From Octopus bimaculoides (lineage: Eukaryota): 64,000 nucleotides of DNA. Shown here piece after piece: positions 62,732 to 64,000 of the stretch (positions are counted from its first letter, which is position 1; the number at the start of each line of letters is the position of its first letter). The DNA lies in assembly GCF_001194135.2 (NCBI RefSeq), contig NC_068985.1, positions 76,143,066-76,207,065 of the forward strand. The letters are read 5' to 3'. The notes under the pieces were generated by a model. That model made no database searches. It saw nothing but the letters and a program-made list of their open reading frames with translations, and was not told where the DNA came from. A program made the translations under genes and the position numbers.

Positions 62732-63028
62732 TGTAAATGGATATGTGAGCATGTATTTCACAGGGAATATATGTGCTTGTGTGTTATACATGACTGAATT
62801 TTACATGATACATAAGTGCGTGTATGTGTATCTAAATGTACTTTACTGAAAGTATATATGTATGACTGTGTATATGAGTATATGTGTTTTATCAAGAAAA
62901 AAAAAATTGGTCTAATAACGGTACCTGGCATTAGCTCTATGACAATTATACTAAAGTTGTGAAACCACTTAATTTTGTGAGTTGATTTTATAAATGTAGC
63001 CAGAAATAAAGTTGCCATCTCTTTGCAG

Positions 63029-63143
63029 GGAAATAACAGCTTTTGAAGAATTAGTTTTACTAAAAGAATATGAAAAGTATGAAAACATCATCGCAGAAAA
63101 AGTCGAAGAGAGATTCAAAGAAAAACTTGATATGGAAAGAAAG
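63029..63143 (+). CDS. CFAP44: CFAP44 exon 16, EITAFEELVLLKEYEKYENIIAEKVEERFKEKLDMERK
   Basis: gcAG/GTaaga, 115 nt, phase 2-0; FxExxLLKxxEKxEN motif; gene continues past the window. Confidence 0.95.
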
Positions 63144-64000
63144 GTAAGAACGTGTCTCCCTCCTCTTCTTTTTCTTCTTCCACCCCTTCTCCTCCCTTCT
63201 CCTCCTCCTCCTCCTTCTTCCTCCCCTCTCCTCCTCCTCCTCCGTCTTCCTCCCCTTCCTCTTCCTTCCCATCTCCTGCCTCCTCCTCCTCCTCCTCCTT
63301 CTTCCCTTTCCCTCTCTCTTCCCCCGCCCCATTTTTCATCTTCTATTTCATTGTTGTTTACATTAGGTGTACCTGGATAAGAAATGTCATAATATATCAG
63401 TGCTGACTATAATTTTTCAAGAAAATCAGCAGAGGTGCACATAGTTCTGAGTTCAGTCCTACTGTGTGGCACCTTGGGCAAGTGTGTTCTACCATAACCT
63501 CAGGCTGACAAAGCCTTGTGAGTAGATTTGGTAGAGAGAAACTGAAAGAAGACTGTTGTGTGTGTGTTTGTATAAATGTGTGTGTGTGTGTATAAATGTG
63601 TGTATGTATGTATGTATGTATATAAATATATAGATCTTGGGTGCATCTTGGTGATTTTATATAGATTTTTCGATATGCAAGCTACACCCACTGAAAATTA
63701 TTCATCGACACAGGTACTTTCTGTACTCCAAATCTGAGTAAAATCATTAAATTGGTTGGTTGGCAGAAACCTAAAAATGCACTTGTAGCTTACTCTAAAA
63801 TGTCTCAAACAGATTCAGTAAATGGCAAAAAAGACTTGAGAATGTCAGAGAAACAGGTCTGGCTCAGCAGGTGTCCCAGTATATCACAGGCTGGACCTGG
63901 TCATCCTGTTACTATGGTCAAACAATCTTCAAGAAAAAGTAAAAATAAACATCCTTTGAATTTTGGTTGTTGGAATGTGCGCACACTTCTTGATTGCTCG

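Overview
AT-rich, microsatellite-dense animal genomic DNA with ten N-gaps. The repeat landscape looks like an octopus/coleoid cephalopod (inference). One protein-coding gene spans the window on the + strand: 16 internal exons of CFAP44/WDR52 (cilia- and flagella-associated protein 44). All are GT-AG and phase-compatible, together 2421 nt = 807 codons, with start and stop outside the window. The introns hold RTE, Tx1/L1 and Penelope-like retroelement remnants, several tRNA-derived SINE families, mariner/Tc1 remnants, a MULE-type MITE and a Helentron-like element. The most interesting signal is a set of type-I hammerhead-ribozyme-like motifs (7367, 15062, 37302, 49099). All lie on the sense strand of the gene, all have a palindromic or near-palindromic helix III, and three are tied to fold-back inverted repeats, consistent with non-autonomous Penelope-type/retrozyme-like elements. 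Other highlights: a Penelope GIY-YIG domain split in frame by 132 low-complexity residues, a MULE-type MITE carrying a captured stop-free 53-codon fragment, a PHD finger inside the RT region of the RTE family, head/tail-swapped SINEs, and a hairpin covering the likely branch point of a 44-nt exon. All alignments and folds were done by eye, repeat boundaries are approximate, and novelty could not be checked against databases.
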